Below are positions 1 to 12,410 of a stretch of 64,000 nucleotides of DNA, piece by piece. Source of the DNA: Octopus sinensis. Lineage: Eukaryota. The position numbers and the translations under genes are program-made. The stretch spans positions 92,256,001 through 92,320,000 of the forward strand of contig NC_043004.1 in assembly GCF_006345805.1 (NCBI RefSeq). Reading direction: 5' to 3'. The notes under the pieces are model-generated. The model had not been told where the DNA came from and made no database searches. It worked only from the letters and a program-made list of their open reading frames with translations. The number at the start of each line of letters is the position of its first letter. Position 1 is the stretch's first letter.

Positions 1-331
1 TCAATATTTAAATTGGACAATATAAGGTATTGAGATATTACTAGTGGTATCGACATACATGGTAAATTATATCCTTTGATAAATTATTATATTCTAGAGG
101 CTAACTGTTGGTATCAGCACGGTGACAGGGATTAGCATATATGTGATGTGTGTGTGTGTGGACTCACACTTTCCAATAATACGATAAAGATGAATCACTT
201 TTATTCGTCTGAAAGATCGCGCATGACGAAAAACTTTCAGCTTCATGGAGTGAATTGTGGTCTTGGAATAAATAAAGAAATTCTGCTACTGCTTCTTTTC
301 TTTGCTCACCGAAACATGCATACGTGTGTGT

Positions 332-374
<43 letters not shown>

Positions 375-544
375 AAACAAACAGGAAAATGGAACTAAAA
401 CCGAGAATATATATATTTTCTTTTTATTACTAATCGGCAGAGCTACTCAAGGTCCGAGTGTTTCGTACGTGGTGCTTAGTCACTCTGTAAAATCTACCGA
501 TTATAAATCCCTTCTGCCATAGGCATAAGTCCGGAATTTTAGGG

Positions 545-825
545 AAAGGAGTGGGGTTAATCGATTACATTAACCCTAGTAATCAACTAATAATTTTTAT
601 CGACCACGAAAAGAGGAAAAAATCAAAGTTGACCTCAGCGGAAATAATTCCTTCTGATATAGGAGTGGATAGTCGACCCCAGTACTCGACTAGTACTGAT
701 TTTATCGACCCCGAAGTATGTAGGGCAAAACTGACCTCGACAGAATTTGAACTCAGAACGGAAAGACGGACGAAATGCCGCTAAGCATTTTGTACTGTAT
801 GCTAATGATTCTGTCAGTCTGCCGA
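545..825 (-). mobile_element. tRNA-derived SINE family B, two partial copies
   Basis: Reverse complement of the family-B head and body (gaatttgaactcagaac = B-box GTTCAAATTC; tcgacccc; aaagttgacctc). Homologous to the copies at 35446 and 63616. Confidence 0.7.
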
Positions 826-1018
826 TTGAGTTCGTTTCTTTGTAGTAACTTTCTGGTCATTTTTCCTTCTTTTGAGGGTATTTTTACTCAATCCTCTAAA
901 ATATGTTTTCACAACTATCCTCCTGCTCCCGAGATTTCTCCATTATTTGTAAAATGCCAACGTACTCAGTGATTTAGCATTTCTTTATAAAACTGTTCTC
1001 GTATATACTTGTAGTATG

Positions 1019-1056
<38 letters not shown>

Positions 1057-1060
<4 letters not shown>

Positions 1061-1326
1061 GAAATATGTTACGAAAAGAAAATATAAAATACACGCGGAA
1101 ATGTAAGGGTAAAATATGAAAAATCAACGAAAATGCACATTGCATATAAAAAAATACTATTTATGACAGGTAACGACAAATATATACATTTAGATTGACT
1201 GGGGTAGTAATACGAGTCGTAAAAGTCATTAATATGAGATGATTATAAGATGATAATAAAGTAAGAGAACAAAACGGACCATGGTTTACGCAAAACTATT
1301 CATCGTTTGAACAACACCGGGTAGTA

Positions 1327-1330
<4 letters not shown>
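1057..1330 (-). mobile_element. Penelope pLTR-like fragment between two (TA)n arrays, with a decayed hammerhead relic at 1270-1309
   Basis: A-rich on +, bounded by (AT)n on both sides. The - strand reads caaac-gatga...gtaaACCATGGTc-cgttttg (palindromic stem III plus GUC). Confidence 0.4.
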
Positions 1331-1396
<66 letters not shown>

Positions 1397-1736
1397 CTGG
1401 CTTAGTCATAGAAAATAGAGCAGGGGCCTTGGCCCTTTTCATGGCTCCTCTAGTCTATAGGAGAAAGCTATTCTCACATGATATACCAAGGTTGAATGCA
1501 TTGCAGAACAAGGGGATTGTGTTAAGCCAGCGACAGTTTAACAAGAGTAGGAACAATCTTACCAATGACCTTCATACAATGGTTCCATCTACAAAATTGG
1601 CCGACCTAAATCTATAGAACTCACTAGCTTAGAACACGATGAAGTGAGATCGAACGCGAAAATACGTAGGTGTGAAGCGAAGTTCTTGACTGTGCAAATA
1701 CGACCGCATTAACTCATATTTATATACTTGCAATTA

Positions 1737-2132
1737 TCTTTATATATAAAAGTGAAGTTGTGTATCTGTCTCCAACGATTTAGATTCCTAACTACTCCCA
1801 CATTTTGCGGTGCAGTGTAACCAAAAGCGGGTATCTTATAGTCGTGATTCATATCGAGCCCTTCTGGGTATTAGCGCGCGTCTACGATGCATCTACGATT
1901 TTTTAAAAAAAATTACCATCATTTTTTCCCATTTTTAATGCATTTTTTTGCTATTATATAAGGGAAGTAACTCTCTAAAAATGTATTATTAAATCTCAGA
2001 ACGTAAAAAGCTACAGTAACACCCCCCTTTGTGGTTAGCCATATTGAGATGGCTATTATAATTTACATCTCTAAAAATGCTTATATAGTTAATTCCCTTA
2101 CAAACCCGAGCAACGCCGGGCGATACTGCTAG
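1737..2132 (+). mobile_element. Non-autonomous Helitron
   Basis: 5' TC (A|TCTTTATATATAAAAG), subterminal hairpin CCCG-agcaacgc-CGGG, 3' CTAG|T, inserted between A and T. Second copy at 9515-9911. Confidence 0.8.
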
Positions 2133-2429
2133 TTATCAATAACATAGTTTTGTGTTGTACTACATATTCACTTACACAAACATGCGCATACATATTCACT
2201 CGTACTCTCACGCATATTATGTATGCGTATATATGTGTATATGATTACATATATGTCAGCTTCACTTATTCGTTGAAGTAAATTTGACCTTGACGATGTG
2301 TTCCCTATCCACTTGCTCGGTTACTCATCTCGTTATTGCTCTCTCTCTCTCTCCTTATCTCAATGTTCTTTCTGTTTCTACCCCCTTCTTCTCTCTCTCT
2401 CTTAAACTCTTTTCTCTCTCTTAACCACA

Positions 2430-2504
2430 AATCTAAATATACTTTTGTTTTTTTCTGTTTTCAGGTAAGAAAATCTTTAACGTATTCCTTCACTTACGGT
2501 AAAT
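2430..2504 (+). promoter_or_regulatory. Candidate recursive splice site (AG 2463-2464 | GT 2465-2466) with a downstream secondary donor at 2499
   Basis: cttttgtttttttctgttttcag|gtaaga; branch-like ctaaat at 2433-2438; long pyrimidine run from ~2336; second donor acg|gtaaat 34 nt downstream. Confidence 0.55.
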
Positions 2505-2816
2505 TACTTTATTATATTTCACTCTATTTTCATACGTTTGAGCCTATTTATTTCCCGCCATTAACAATAAAATGAGAAAAAGAGAGTAAAAAAAAATACA
2601 ATACAAAATAATTGTCGCTTTCCCCCTTTTTAAACTGATTCGTTGTCAATCGACATGTTTATCTTGTAGATATTGTTGCTATCGCTGTTGTTTTCGTCGT
2701 CATCGTTGTGAAAACACTGGCCAGCTCCGATGAGGAAGAGCTATGAATTAAAGCATCATACCTATGATCTTGTTTTTGTTTTTATATCTAATATTACATT
2801 ACCTAATATTACATTG

Positions 2817-3062
2817 TGGAGGCGCGTGGCTTAGTGGCTAGGGTGTCAGCATCATGATCGTAAGATTGCGGTTTCGATTCCTGGACCGGGCGACACGTTG
2901 TGTTCTTGAGCAAAACACTTCATTTCACGTTGCTCCAGTCCACTCAGCAGGCAAAAATGAGTAACGCTGCGATGGACTGGCGTCCCGTCCAGCTGGGGAG
3001 CACATACGCCATTGAAACCGGGAAACCGGGCCCATGAGCCTGGCTGGGCTTTAAAAGGGAGC
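2817..3062 (+). mobile_element. tRNA-derived SINE family C (CORE-like and V-like blocks)
   Basis: A-box tggcttagtgg, B-box gtttcgattcc, CORE-like cttgagcaaaacactt, and gcgatggactggcgtcccgtccag reminiscent of V-SINE domains (domain names from recall). Confidence 0.75.
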
Positions 3063-3326
3063 ATTTATTATCATTTTAATAGTACATTATCTAATATCAC
3101 ATTATCTAATACGTCAATTATCTTATTAGAGACAGTAGAGTGTTTTGAAGAAAAATTGGAGTATTAATTCTTGTGATCCTTTAGAGACTCCTTCGCTGGG
3201 ATCAAACCCCAAATTTGTTACAACAGTTTTAATAGAGATTTATAATTTTGGTTCGTTTTTCCCCTACTTCTACTACTAATTCAGAAATGAAGAGGTGGAT
3301 TATATATGTTTGAACGAATAACGGTG

Positions 3327-3789
3327 CGTATTTTAAAAAGTAATTATTAGTAACAGAAGTTATTTTAATATCAAAAGGTAAAATTTATCCCCACTTAACA
3401 GGGAATAGTGTATTAGAACATAGAATACTGCGATAGTTACCATGAGGGAACCTCTCATATAGGCTTTTGATGCATACAAGCACTCTTGTTTATATCGCTA
3501 GTGTGAGATAACTCCATCATCGCCGCCGCCGCCGCCGCAACTAACGGATCACGGGATTTCGGGTTTCTTTGGCTTTGTCAACAGTAGACATTCGACCGCT
3601 GGAAATAGCAGCGATATACATAAAATATCAGTGTCTATTCAAGCACTGGTTTCGTGAATAACCAGAGGACTTATTAAAAAATTAATTAATAGCACAGAAG
3701 CAGTATTAATAACAAAATTTGATATTATCCCCACTTAAAAGTGGATGTTGTGGTATAACTAAAAATACTGCGATAGTTACCGACTGAGG
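3327..3789. repeat. Diverged ~120 bp direct repeat pair, period 340 bp
   Basis: TTATCCCCACTTAA at 3385 and 3725; AATACTGCGATAGTTACC at 3424 and 3764. Confidence 0.8.
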
Positions 3790-3942
3790 AGAGATTAAAG
3801 GCGAAATAAATACTTGTGGTGTAATTTGAACATAGATCGGAAAAGTGCTTAAGTAAATATCACGTTACCAGTTCTACCACTGCAATGAACTTTCCAACTG
3901 ATTCATAATAAGTTTATCAACCCCACCAACATCTTTCATGTT

Positions 3943-4197
3943 TGGCTTGTTTCAGTTATTGGACTACGACCATGCTAGGACACCAACTAGAAGGGTCTGA
4001 CCGAACACAGACACACACATACACACACACACACATACACACACGCATACATATGTTTTACAGGTTTCTTTCGGTTTCCGTCTACCAAATCCACTAATAA
4101 AGCTTGGATAGGCCTGAGGTTAAAGAAGAAGGCAGTTGCCCAAGGTGCCAAGCAGTGGGACTGAACCCGGAACCATTTGGCTGGGAAGCAAACCTGT
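3943..4197 (-). mobile_element. SINE family A, diverged and internally deleted
   Basis: Contains gtttccgtctaccaaatccact, ttgcccaaggtgcc and gtgggactgaacccggaacca as in the intact copies at 6971 and 45721. Confidence 0.7.
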
Positions 4198-6139
4198 ATA
4201 TGTGCGCGCGTGTGTGTGTGCGTGTGTACATGTGTGTGCGTGTTTGTGTGTGTTTGTGTTTGTGTGTGTGCGCGTGCAGGTCATTCGAGTTCAGCTTGTA
4301 TGGTGGATACCGCAGTTACGAAGGTTAGTTAGAAACACAGTCATACGGTTTTCGTGTAGTTTTGTTTGATGAAGGATTAATGGACGTATATGGTCCTTGG
4401 AATATAAAGCAATTTAGTCGATCGTCTAACAGTGGACGAATCTTTTTAGGAAAAAAAAATACTGGTTACTTACTATCGTTTGTGGTTGTCTGCGTCAACA
4501 AGATTTTAGTTGGATGAATAAAGCGCTACAGAAGAAATGTGTCGAAGGGCGATGTAAAAGACTAAGACATGATTGCTCAGAAGACGGAAATGTGTACATT
4601 GGTGTGCCAAAGGGGCCGGAAATTCATGCTCTAGAAAAGGCATACTCTAGAAAGGGCATGTATTGGCGATGATGGGCGTTAATCTTATGGTCACAAACAT
4701 AACAATAATGACGACGGCGATGATGATGATGATGATGATGATGATGATACATCAATGAAATACTGCACTTAATGAAGTGTCATAATTAATCTTTCTCTAT
4801 CAGTGAGATGAATATCAGCTTGTAATGTAATGTTGGCGTTAGGCGGAGCGAAGATACTATGCATAGCATTACGTTACAAGTTCGCATCAGAAATTGCTAA
4901 CATACTCAGCCTCTCAGTGAAAAGATTGTTATTTTCTTTCTTCAAAGCGATTTTCAGTAAACAATTGCCACCTCTCTGTAAATAACAGTGAGTGAAGGAG
5001 CATCTACCTGTCGCTTGATGTGCTAGAAGGAGCAGGCAAATTCCCTTAAGTGCTGGATAATGAAGTCTTTGCATGAACTGCTTCTAAAAGTTTGTGCGGG
5101 ATACACACACATACACATTATATAGGCTGTACACGTGCAAACATGATAGATCCACATAAGAACACTGCTCATGTATCTGGGAGAGTACTGCTACCATACA
5201 CACAAATATACTTACTACTTGACCTACATTAGAGTCGTTGTCATCATGTGTCATACGATTTTTGCAGCGGGTTGATGATGCTACACAGAAAGTCTTCCCG
5301 ATTAAGCGCGTGTCGTCCCATCGGTTGAAGCCATAGCGTTACTTCTTTCTGATTTTCCTATGTGTTTTCTTGGCAGAGATACCAAGGTGGTTTGTCATTG
5401 CCTTCCTCAGTTTCATGGCCGTGGGCCCACAAAGATCTCATCCGTCTTCCGACAGATCCTTTTTTTTAGTTTTGCTGGGTGTCCTAATACCCCACCCTCA
5501 TAAGAATAGCATGCTACTCAAGTTGGGGGAGTCGGTTTAGTTGCCGACCACCCGACCATAGAACAGGTAGTACTGGTTTGCATGGTACCAGTAGTATGTC
5601 TCATCAGCTTGTGATGACATCCTTGACCTAACATCAACATTAGCATATTGCTCACTGTTGTGGCGAGAGTAACTGACACCCCTGTTAGATTGGAAGAATG
5701 GACTGAACTAGCCGGATTCTTGTACAAAGTAGCATATTGGTGGAGACGATAGAAAAGTCGTAGGGAGTTCTTGAGATCGTTGAGAGTGGTATTTATTGGA
5801 GTGTCGTGTTTAGTGGAGTAATTTGAAGTACGTTGTGTGAAGACATTTGTGTCTATCTCCGCTTCGTGAAATCTGCATATCCAACGTATAGAAGGATATA
5901 AAACTCACATATCTGGGACAGTGCTGCAATAAAACAAACAAACATCTCAGATTCACATTAAAGTGCTCCTGGAGCTTGTGCTGCTAATACACACGGAAAC
6001 ATTGCCAGTTTGCAACCAATATACTATTTTGTTGATTGGAAACATTTAATTCACCAACACAAGTACACAGTGTTGATGTAATTGCGGCTTTGTACCTACG
6101 TAAAAAATTATTATTTTACATTAGCTTTCATTTCGACAT

Positions 6140-6530
6140 GTTTAGTTAGTTAGTTAATTTTTGGCTCAAAAAGCAAAAAGCAAGGCCATGTAGGGGGACA
6201 TGGAGTTATGTACAGGGTGGTATTCATGTAAAGAGTTCAGGCCACTTGAGGTCAAGGGAGACTTTGAACAAAGCGGTCGTCGGCATCTTCACCATCTCGT
6301 CTGGCAGCTTCTTCCACGGATCCGCAACCCGGACGGAGAAAGCCCCTCTCCTTCGATTGAGATGAAATCGTCGCAGATAGAGCTTTTCGGAATGACCCCG
6401 CAACCGACGCTCTGGAGCAGGAGTGAAGAACAGCTCTTTCGAGAGGTTACACTTTCCGCTTATGATGTTATGAGCGAGAATGAGATCACCACGGCGGCTA
6501 AAGTGCTATTCAAGTATTGGTGGCGATTAA
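6140..6530 (-). mobile_element. CR1-clade LINE 3' end
   Basis: The - strand translates RRGDLILAHNIISG...LRGHSEKL...RRRGAFSVRVADPWKKLPDEMVKMPTTALFKVSLDLKW (CR1-type ORF2 C-terminus), followed by a (TAAC)n tail. Confidence 0.8.
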
Positions 6531-6970
6531 ATCAACTCTCAATATTTCAGGCCTTGTAAATGGTTTATGTTGTGTATATGTCATATTTTATACACTAACA
6601 TATATCAACTTGTGTGACGTCATGCAATACGTCACAATACCTCATGACGTCACCACAGTTTATTGTGAACTTATAAGCATTTGAAGTATGGTAGCATTTA
6701 CTAATTCGCAAATGAATTAGCAAGAAATACCTAAATGAAAGAAAAAATAGCGATAAACATTGCGTGAATTTGGAAATGAGAGGCAAATAGACATAAACAT
6801 ACTGGTAATATGTTGTTGCGTACTCAAGGTTAGCTCTGATTGTTCAAGTCCATGGCCGATGGCGTTTGAGCCATGATCATCCCCATCCGCTCGAGTATAG
6901 CAGCATACTAGAAATACGCCATTTTCCCTTGAGTAATTTGTGAGAGTTTTGTATTTTATGTGTTATGCAT

Positions 6971-7391
6971 ACTCTCTCTTTTACTCTTTTACTTGTTTCA
7001 GTCATTTGACTGCGGCCATGCTGGAGCACCGCCTTTAATCGAGCAAATCGACCCCGGGACCTATTCTTTTTGTAAGCCCAGTACTTATTCTATCGGTCTC
7101 TTTTGCCGAACCGCTAAGTAACGGGGGCGTAAACACACCAGCATCGGTTGTCAAGCAATGCTAGGGGAACAAACACAGACACACAAACAAACACACATAC
7201 ATATATATATATATATATACATATATACGACAGGCTTCTTTCAGTTTCCGTCTACCAAATCCACTCACAAGGCACTGGTCAGCCCGGGGCTATAGCAGAA
7301 GACACTTGCCCAAGATGCCACGCAGTGGGACTGAACCCGGAACCATGTGGTTGGTAAGCAAGCTACTTACCACACAGCCACTCCTGCGCCT
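6971..7391 (-). mobile_element. SINE family A, near full length (tRNA head, CORE-like block, internal microsatellite, LINE-like tail)
   Basis: The - strand begins GGCGCAGGAGTGGCTGTGTGG (A-box) with B-box GGTTCAGTCCC and cttgggcaagtgtcttct; (TA)/(TG) insert; ends GGCGGTGCTCCAGCATGGCC...(AAGAGTAA)n. Confidence 0.9.
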
Positions 7392-7645
7392 ATATATGTG
7401 TATACTTTGTGTACATGTTCGTGTACATATATGTGTATTTTAGACAGGGGAACACACGAATGCAGAATGCAAGATACACACATAAGCAGGTGGGAAAAAG
7501 AGAAGTAGAGAGAGAGTCTGGTTTAAACACTGTTACTTGGGAAAGAATAAAGAAATGAAAAAAAAAAACTTTGAAAATATAAAAAGATGAACAATAAACT
7601 ACTAGTGAAATGCTAAAAACATTTCACACACGGAAAGAGTGAGAA

Positions 7646-7688
<43 letters not shown>

Positions 7689-7873
7689 AGAGACATGGCA
7701 AGACAGATTAAGCCGGGAAAGTTGGGAGAAACAGAGACAAGCGAGATAGAATGATAGAGACAGAGATAAGTGATACGTGATTATTATTATTAAGAAGGTT
7801 AATCCTTATCATCAACTTCACCTGTTCATTGGATTTAGTGATCATTATATTTTGCTCTTTCTCTCATCCTCCA

Positions 7874-8017
<144 letters not shown>

Positions 8018-8394
8018 CCAAGGACACAGCGTATCATACTTTATGGAAAAAACTAGCATGGAAGATAAAATATTTTCGAACAGAGACACAAGGTCAGGAA
8101 TGGTAGAGTGAAGAGAACAGTCGATTATATTGACCCTCATCCCCAACCTATACGGAATTTGACAGGTACTTTATTTTATTGATCTCGGAGTGATTAAAAT
8201 GAGAAATATTGACCTTGGTAGAATCTAAACTTCAAATAGCAAATAAAAGCATACTTTATAACAAAGCTAAACTAACAATTCTATGTTCCAAAATATAATG
8301 CCGCATACAGCTGAGGCAAAACGGAAGTATACCTAGTGATGCAGGAGAAACTCGTATGCAGCTGCTGCAAAAAAGGAAATAATAATAACGGCTT

Positions 8395-8870
8395 CATATT
8401 TTGGCACAGGGCCAGTAGTTTTTGAGGGCCAGTGGAAGTCAATTGCATCGACGCCAGTATACTTGACTGGTACTTATTTTATCGACTACGAAAGGATGAA
8501 AGGCAAATTCGACCACGGCGGAATTTGAACTCAGAACGTAAAGACAGTTGAAATACCTATTTCTTTACTACTCACAAGGGGCTAAACAAAGAGAGGACAA
8601 ACAAGGACAGACAAACGGATTAAGTCGATTATATCGACCCTGAAAAGATGAAAGGCAAATTCGACCACGGTGGAATTTGAACTCAGAACGTAAAGACGGA
8701 CGAAATACCTATTTCTTTACTACCCACAAGGGGCTAAACACAGAGAGGACAAACAAGGACAGACAAACAGATTAAGTCGATTGTATCGACCCCAGTGCGT
8801 AACTGGTACTTATTTAATCGACCCTGAAAGGATGAAAGGCAAAGTCGAATTCGACGGAATTTGAACTCAG

Positions 8871-8872
<2 letters not shown>
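8395..8872 (-). mobile_element. SINE family B head-to-tail multimer
   Basis: About three tandem units, with the junction gaaatacctatttctttactac at 8550 and 8702. Confidence 0.85.
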
Positions 8873-8901
<29 letters not shown>

Positions 8902-8906
8902 GCGGC

Positions 8907-8948
<42 letters not shown>

Positions 8949-8970
8949 AATAATGATAATAATAATAAAA
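8870..8970. repeat. (AAC)n/(AAT)n microsatellite
   Basis: Directly visible. Confidence 0.95.
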
Positions 8971-9514
8971 TTAAGTTGTTTTTTATTATTATTATAATAA
9001 AGATGATCACGCCGACGACAATGATGATATCAATAATATAGTAATGATGATGTTGATAATAATTAACAATATTTAGCAATGTGAGGATAGAAGTAGGAAG
9101 CTAGCAGCTGGGAAGACGAGAGAGCATAAGTGACAGCCAGAGAAGTAAAATGGTAGGGAGTGAAAGGATGAGAATTTATAATACTGTCAGGAATGGCAAA
9201 CGGGGAACGAGTAAGAAAGAATGGATTAGACAGTTGTTAGTTTGTGCTTTTTTATAAAGGAAGACGATAAAGGGAACCCGTCTTACTATACATAGAAAAC
9301 AAGGAAATCTTTATGATACCCAATTTTATTGTGAATATTGCTATGAAAGAACTTCTGGGATAATATCTAGTAGCAGTCCCCGTGGAAATTCCACAGTTGT
9401 TCTGAAAATTGCATCATGAAGTTGTATATATTTCTGAAACATTTGAATCTTGAGAAAACATTGTAATGTTTCTATCTATATCATTTTCATTTCAAAGTAT
9501 TCTTTTATAAGTAA

Positions 9515-9911
9515 CTAGCAGTATCGCCCGGCGTTGCTCGGGTTTGTAAGGGAAATAACTATATAAGCATTTTTAGAGAGTTATAGCCAACAAATAGAAA
9601 AAAAATGCATTAAAAATGGAAAACAAATGATGGTAACTTTTTTTTTTAATCGTTGACTCATCGTAGACATTTTTAGAGAGTTACTTCCCATATATAATAG
9701 CGAAAGAATCCATTAAAATGGAAAAAAATGATGGTAATTTTTTTTTTAATCGTAGACTCATCGTAGATGCGCGCTAATACCCAGAAGGGCTCGATATGAA
9801 TCACGACTATAAGATACCCGGTTTTGGTTAAACTGCACCGCAAAATGTGGGAGTAGTTAGGAATCTAAATCGTAGGAGACAGACACACAACTTCTCTTTT
9901 ATATATAAAGA
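9515..9911 (-). mobile_element. Non-autonomous Helitron, same family as 1737-2132, inverted
   Basis: ctagcagtatcgcccggcgttgctcggg at the left end and cttttatatataaaga at the right end; internal catttttagagagtta segment duplicated. Confidence 0.8.
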
Positions 9912-11049
9912 TATTAAACCGTCTTGTGGACCAGTGAAAAATGTTATAAGTAAAAATAAAAAGTACGCGAGGAGAGATTAAGCTAGTTTAGGCTGAGGTA
10001 AGCTTCCTCTTCAGGGTCAAATGGTTAATACTTCAGTAGCTCTGAATAATTACTGATAAAGCACAAGTGTGGCCTATATTAGAGGTCTAACATATCTGGA
10101 TCAGTGGTGCTGATACACGTAATCAGGCGCACACTTTCACGCAAACACACAAATACACACAAGCTCTCACACCCGCACATAACAGACCAGATTAAAATAC
10201 TTCTAACATATCTGGGTCAATGTAGCTATTGCACACACAACATGATGAATCACATAAACAAATAATTAAATGTAATCAATAAAATGACTACCCAGTTGAT
10301 TGTAAAAAATGTGATATCGATTTTTTACATAGTCACAAACCGACAAATTTTAGAGGCAGTTTTAGTCTATGAAATCGACATTGTAGTTGACTGGTACTTT
10401 ATATTATCGATTTCACGACTGTCAACTTGAGCAGGGTTTGCACTCAGAACATAAAGTGACACAAATACCGCATAGAACTTAATCTGATACCCTACTGATT
10501 CTTTCAATCCACTGCCCTCAAATGTAATAGGTGTCGGTAATTTTTAAGAGCTGCTAGTCCTTAATTTAGATTTTTATGGCTTTTCCCTGCCGGCTGTTTG
10601 GTAGATTGATACAAGTGAAAAATAAAATGTCCTGACCTAAAAACATAAAGGAACACCTACAACAGATTGGATCCTATTGTCTATCAGTGTGAGACTCAAT
10701 TTCCCTTCTATACGGTGACCTTGTCTAATTGGCAACAATTAAATTTACCAACTCAAAACAACATCTGGTTCAACATAATATTCTCCCCGCTATGAATCCA
10801 CCCTTGCAAAATTTATGTTCAACCCTACGTATTCTCGAGATCAATTTCCATCTGTGTTGATTTTGACACTCATTCACCCACGTAACAAATGTATAGTTCC
10901 AGTCAGTCGTGTATTATAGACGATTCAATCGGGCGAACCTTCATTGCATTCTCGTCGCTGATTTGATAATTATTTCTAGATGGTTTGCTGTAACCCAAGG
11001 TTTGGCATGTAATGGTATGTTCCAGATTACTGTAAACAAATAATTGTCA

Positions 11050-11480
11050 TAAAACGTGTTTAATATTTATTTGTGTTACCAAATATCAGTTTTTCACATC
11101 GAATTGTTGGCATATAGCACCTTATTCAATTAGATTTATATTTAGATTGCAAGTACTAGGCAGCCAGATCTGATTCTGTAAACTGCTCCATTACATGCAT
11201 TGTACAACCTAGTCGCGATCCGGGCTTCATCTTTCATTATTTGCTCATGCATTTTTTGTGGCAAAACACTGATCCTGTGCAGCTAAAATTAGGCCTACTT
11301 TTGTTTTTAATCCAGAGGTTTGAGTCATTGCTAATTTTCCATTGACCTACTTCCTCACTCTTGGATATTGCAGGGTAGTAGCAAGGAAATTAATTTTCTC
11401 CCCATTCTCTCCATGTAAAATTACATTCTACTTTAGACTTTTGTTTTTACCTTTTCTGCTGTCTAATTTCTATCTAAAGC
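11050..11480 (-). mobile_element. Decayed R4/Dong-like (REL endonuclease) LINE fragment
   Basis: The - strand translates GLKTKVGLILAAQDQ, resembling the R4/Dong motif LKxETEGLIxAAQDQ that precedes the CCHC knuckle; stops present. Confidence 0.5.
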
Positions 11481-11919
11481 ATTTTCATAGTCGCAGTTAA
11501 CTTTTATATAGTACTTACATTTTCCTCATGCAGAAAGCATGTTTCATGTTTACCTCCGCCAAGGAAGGAGGTTATGTTTTCATCGGCGTTGTTTTCCTTA
11601 TGTTCTCTTATTGCACTCATCCGTTTCTCTTTTAGTTTCAAATATTTTCTATACCCGTGGCTGCTGATTTGTAATTTGTTCTCTATGTATAACAAGCCTC
11701 TCTTCCCTGCGTTCATATCTAAATCAGTTTCCTTAGAGTAACTAAGACACGCCGTTAGTCGTTGTAAAAATCTTCCGCTTTAAATCTGTTAACTCCATAT
11801 TTAGTTTAGTCAGTAAGTAAAACCGAGATGGTCAGGGTGTTTATATCATTAACGTATTTTTTATGAGTTCATGTTTAAAACGGCAAAGCCTTTAATCTGA
11901 CACTAGACTGGGATGTAGT

Positions 11920-11949
11920 AGAAATAATAATAATAATAATTATAATAAT

Positions 11950-12002
<53 letters not shown>

Positions 12003-12070
12003 TAATAATAATAATGATGATGATGATGATGACGATAATAGGAATAAGAAGAAGAAGAAGAAGAAGACGA
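11920..12070. repeat. (AAT)n/(GAT)n/(AAG)n compound microsatellite
   Basis: Directly visible. Confidence 0.95.
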
Positions 12071-12074
12071 AGAA

Positions 12075-12410
12075 GCTTCTCTACTATGGGCACAAGGTCT
12101 GAAATTTGGGGGAGTGTTCCGCAATTATCAGACCGTTCAGACATTGTATTTCATCGACCCTGAAAGGTTGAAAGGCCAAATCGACATCGGCTGAATTTGA
12201 ACTCAGAGCGTAACGACTGACGAAATGCCGATAAGCATTTTGCCCGACGTGATAACTGTTCTGCCAACTCGCTACCTTCACTATAAAAATAATCATCTTT
12301 ACTATAGGCACAAGAGCTGTAATTTTGGAGGAGGAGCAGTCGATTACCTTGGCCCTATGCTTGAGTGGTATTTATTTAATTGACCTGAAAGGATGAAAAG
12401 CAAAATCAAT
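12075..12410 (-). mobile_element. SINE family B, one full and one partial copy
   Basis: ggcacaaggtctgaaatttggggg...tcgaccctgaaagg...gaatttgaactcagagcg...ttctgccaactcgc. Confidence 0.75.

Noticed and set aside
2817-2890. tRNA gene
   Set aside because: A/B boxes are present but there is no cloverleaf; this and similar heads belong to SINEs.
6200-6559. 119 aa + strand ORF
   Set aside because: It is the antisense frame of the CR1 3' end on the - strand.
9179-9191. TAATACTGTCAGG matches the first 13 nt of miR-8
   Set aside because: The rest of the mature sequence diverges and there is no star arm or hairpin upstream.
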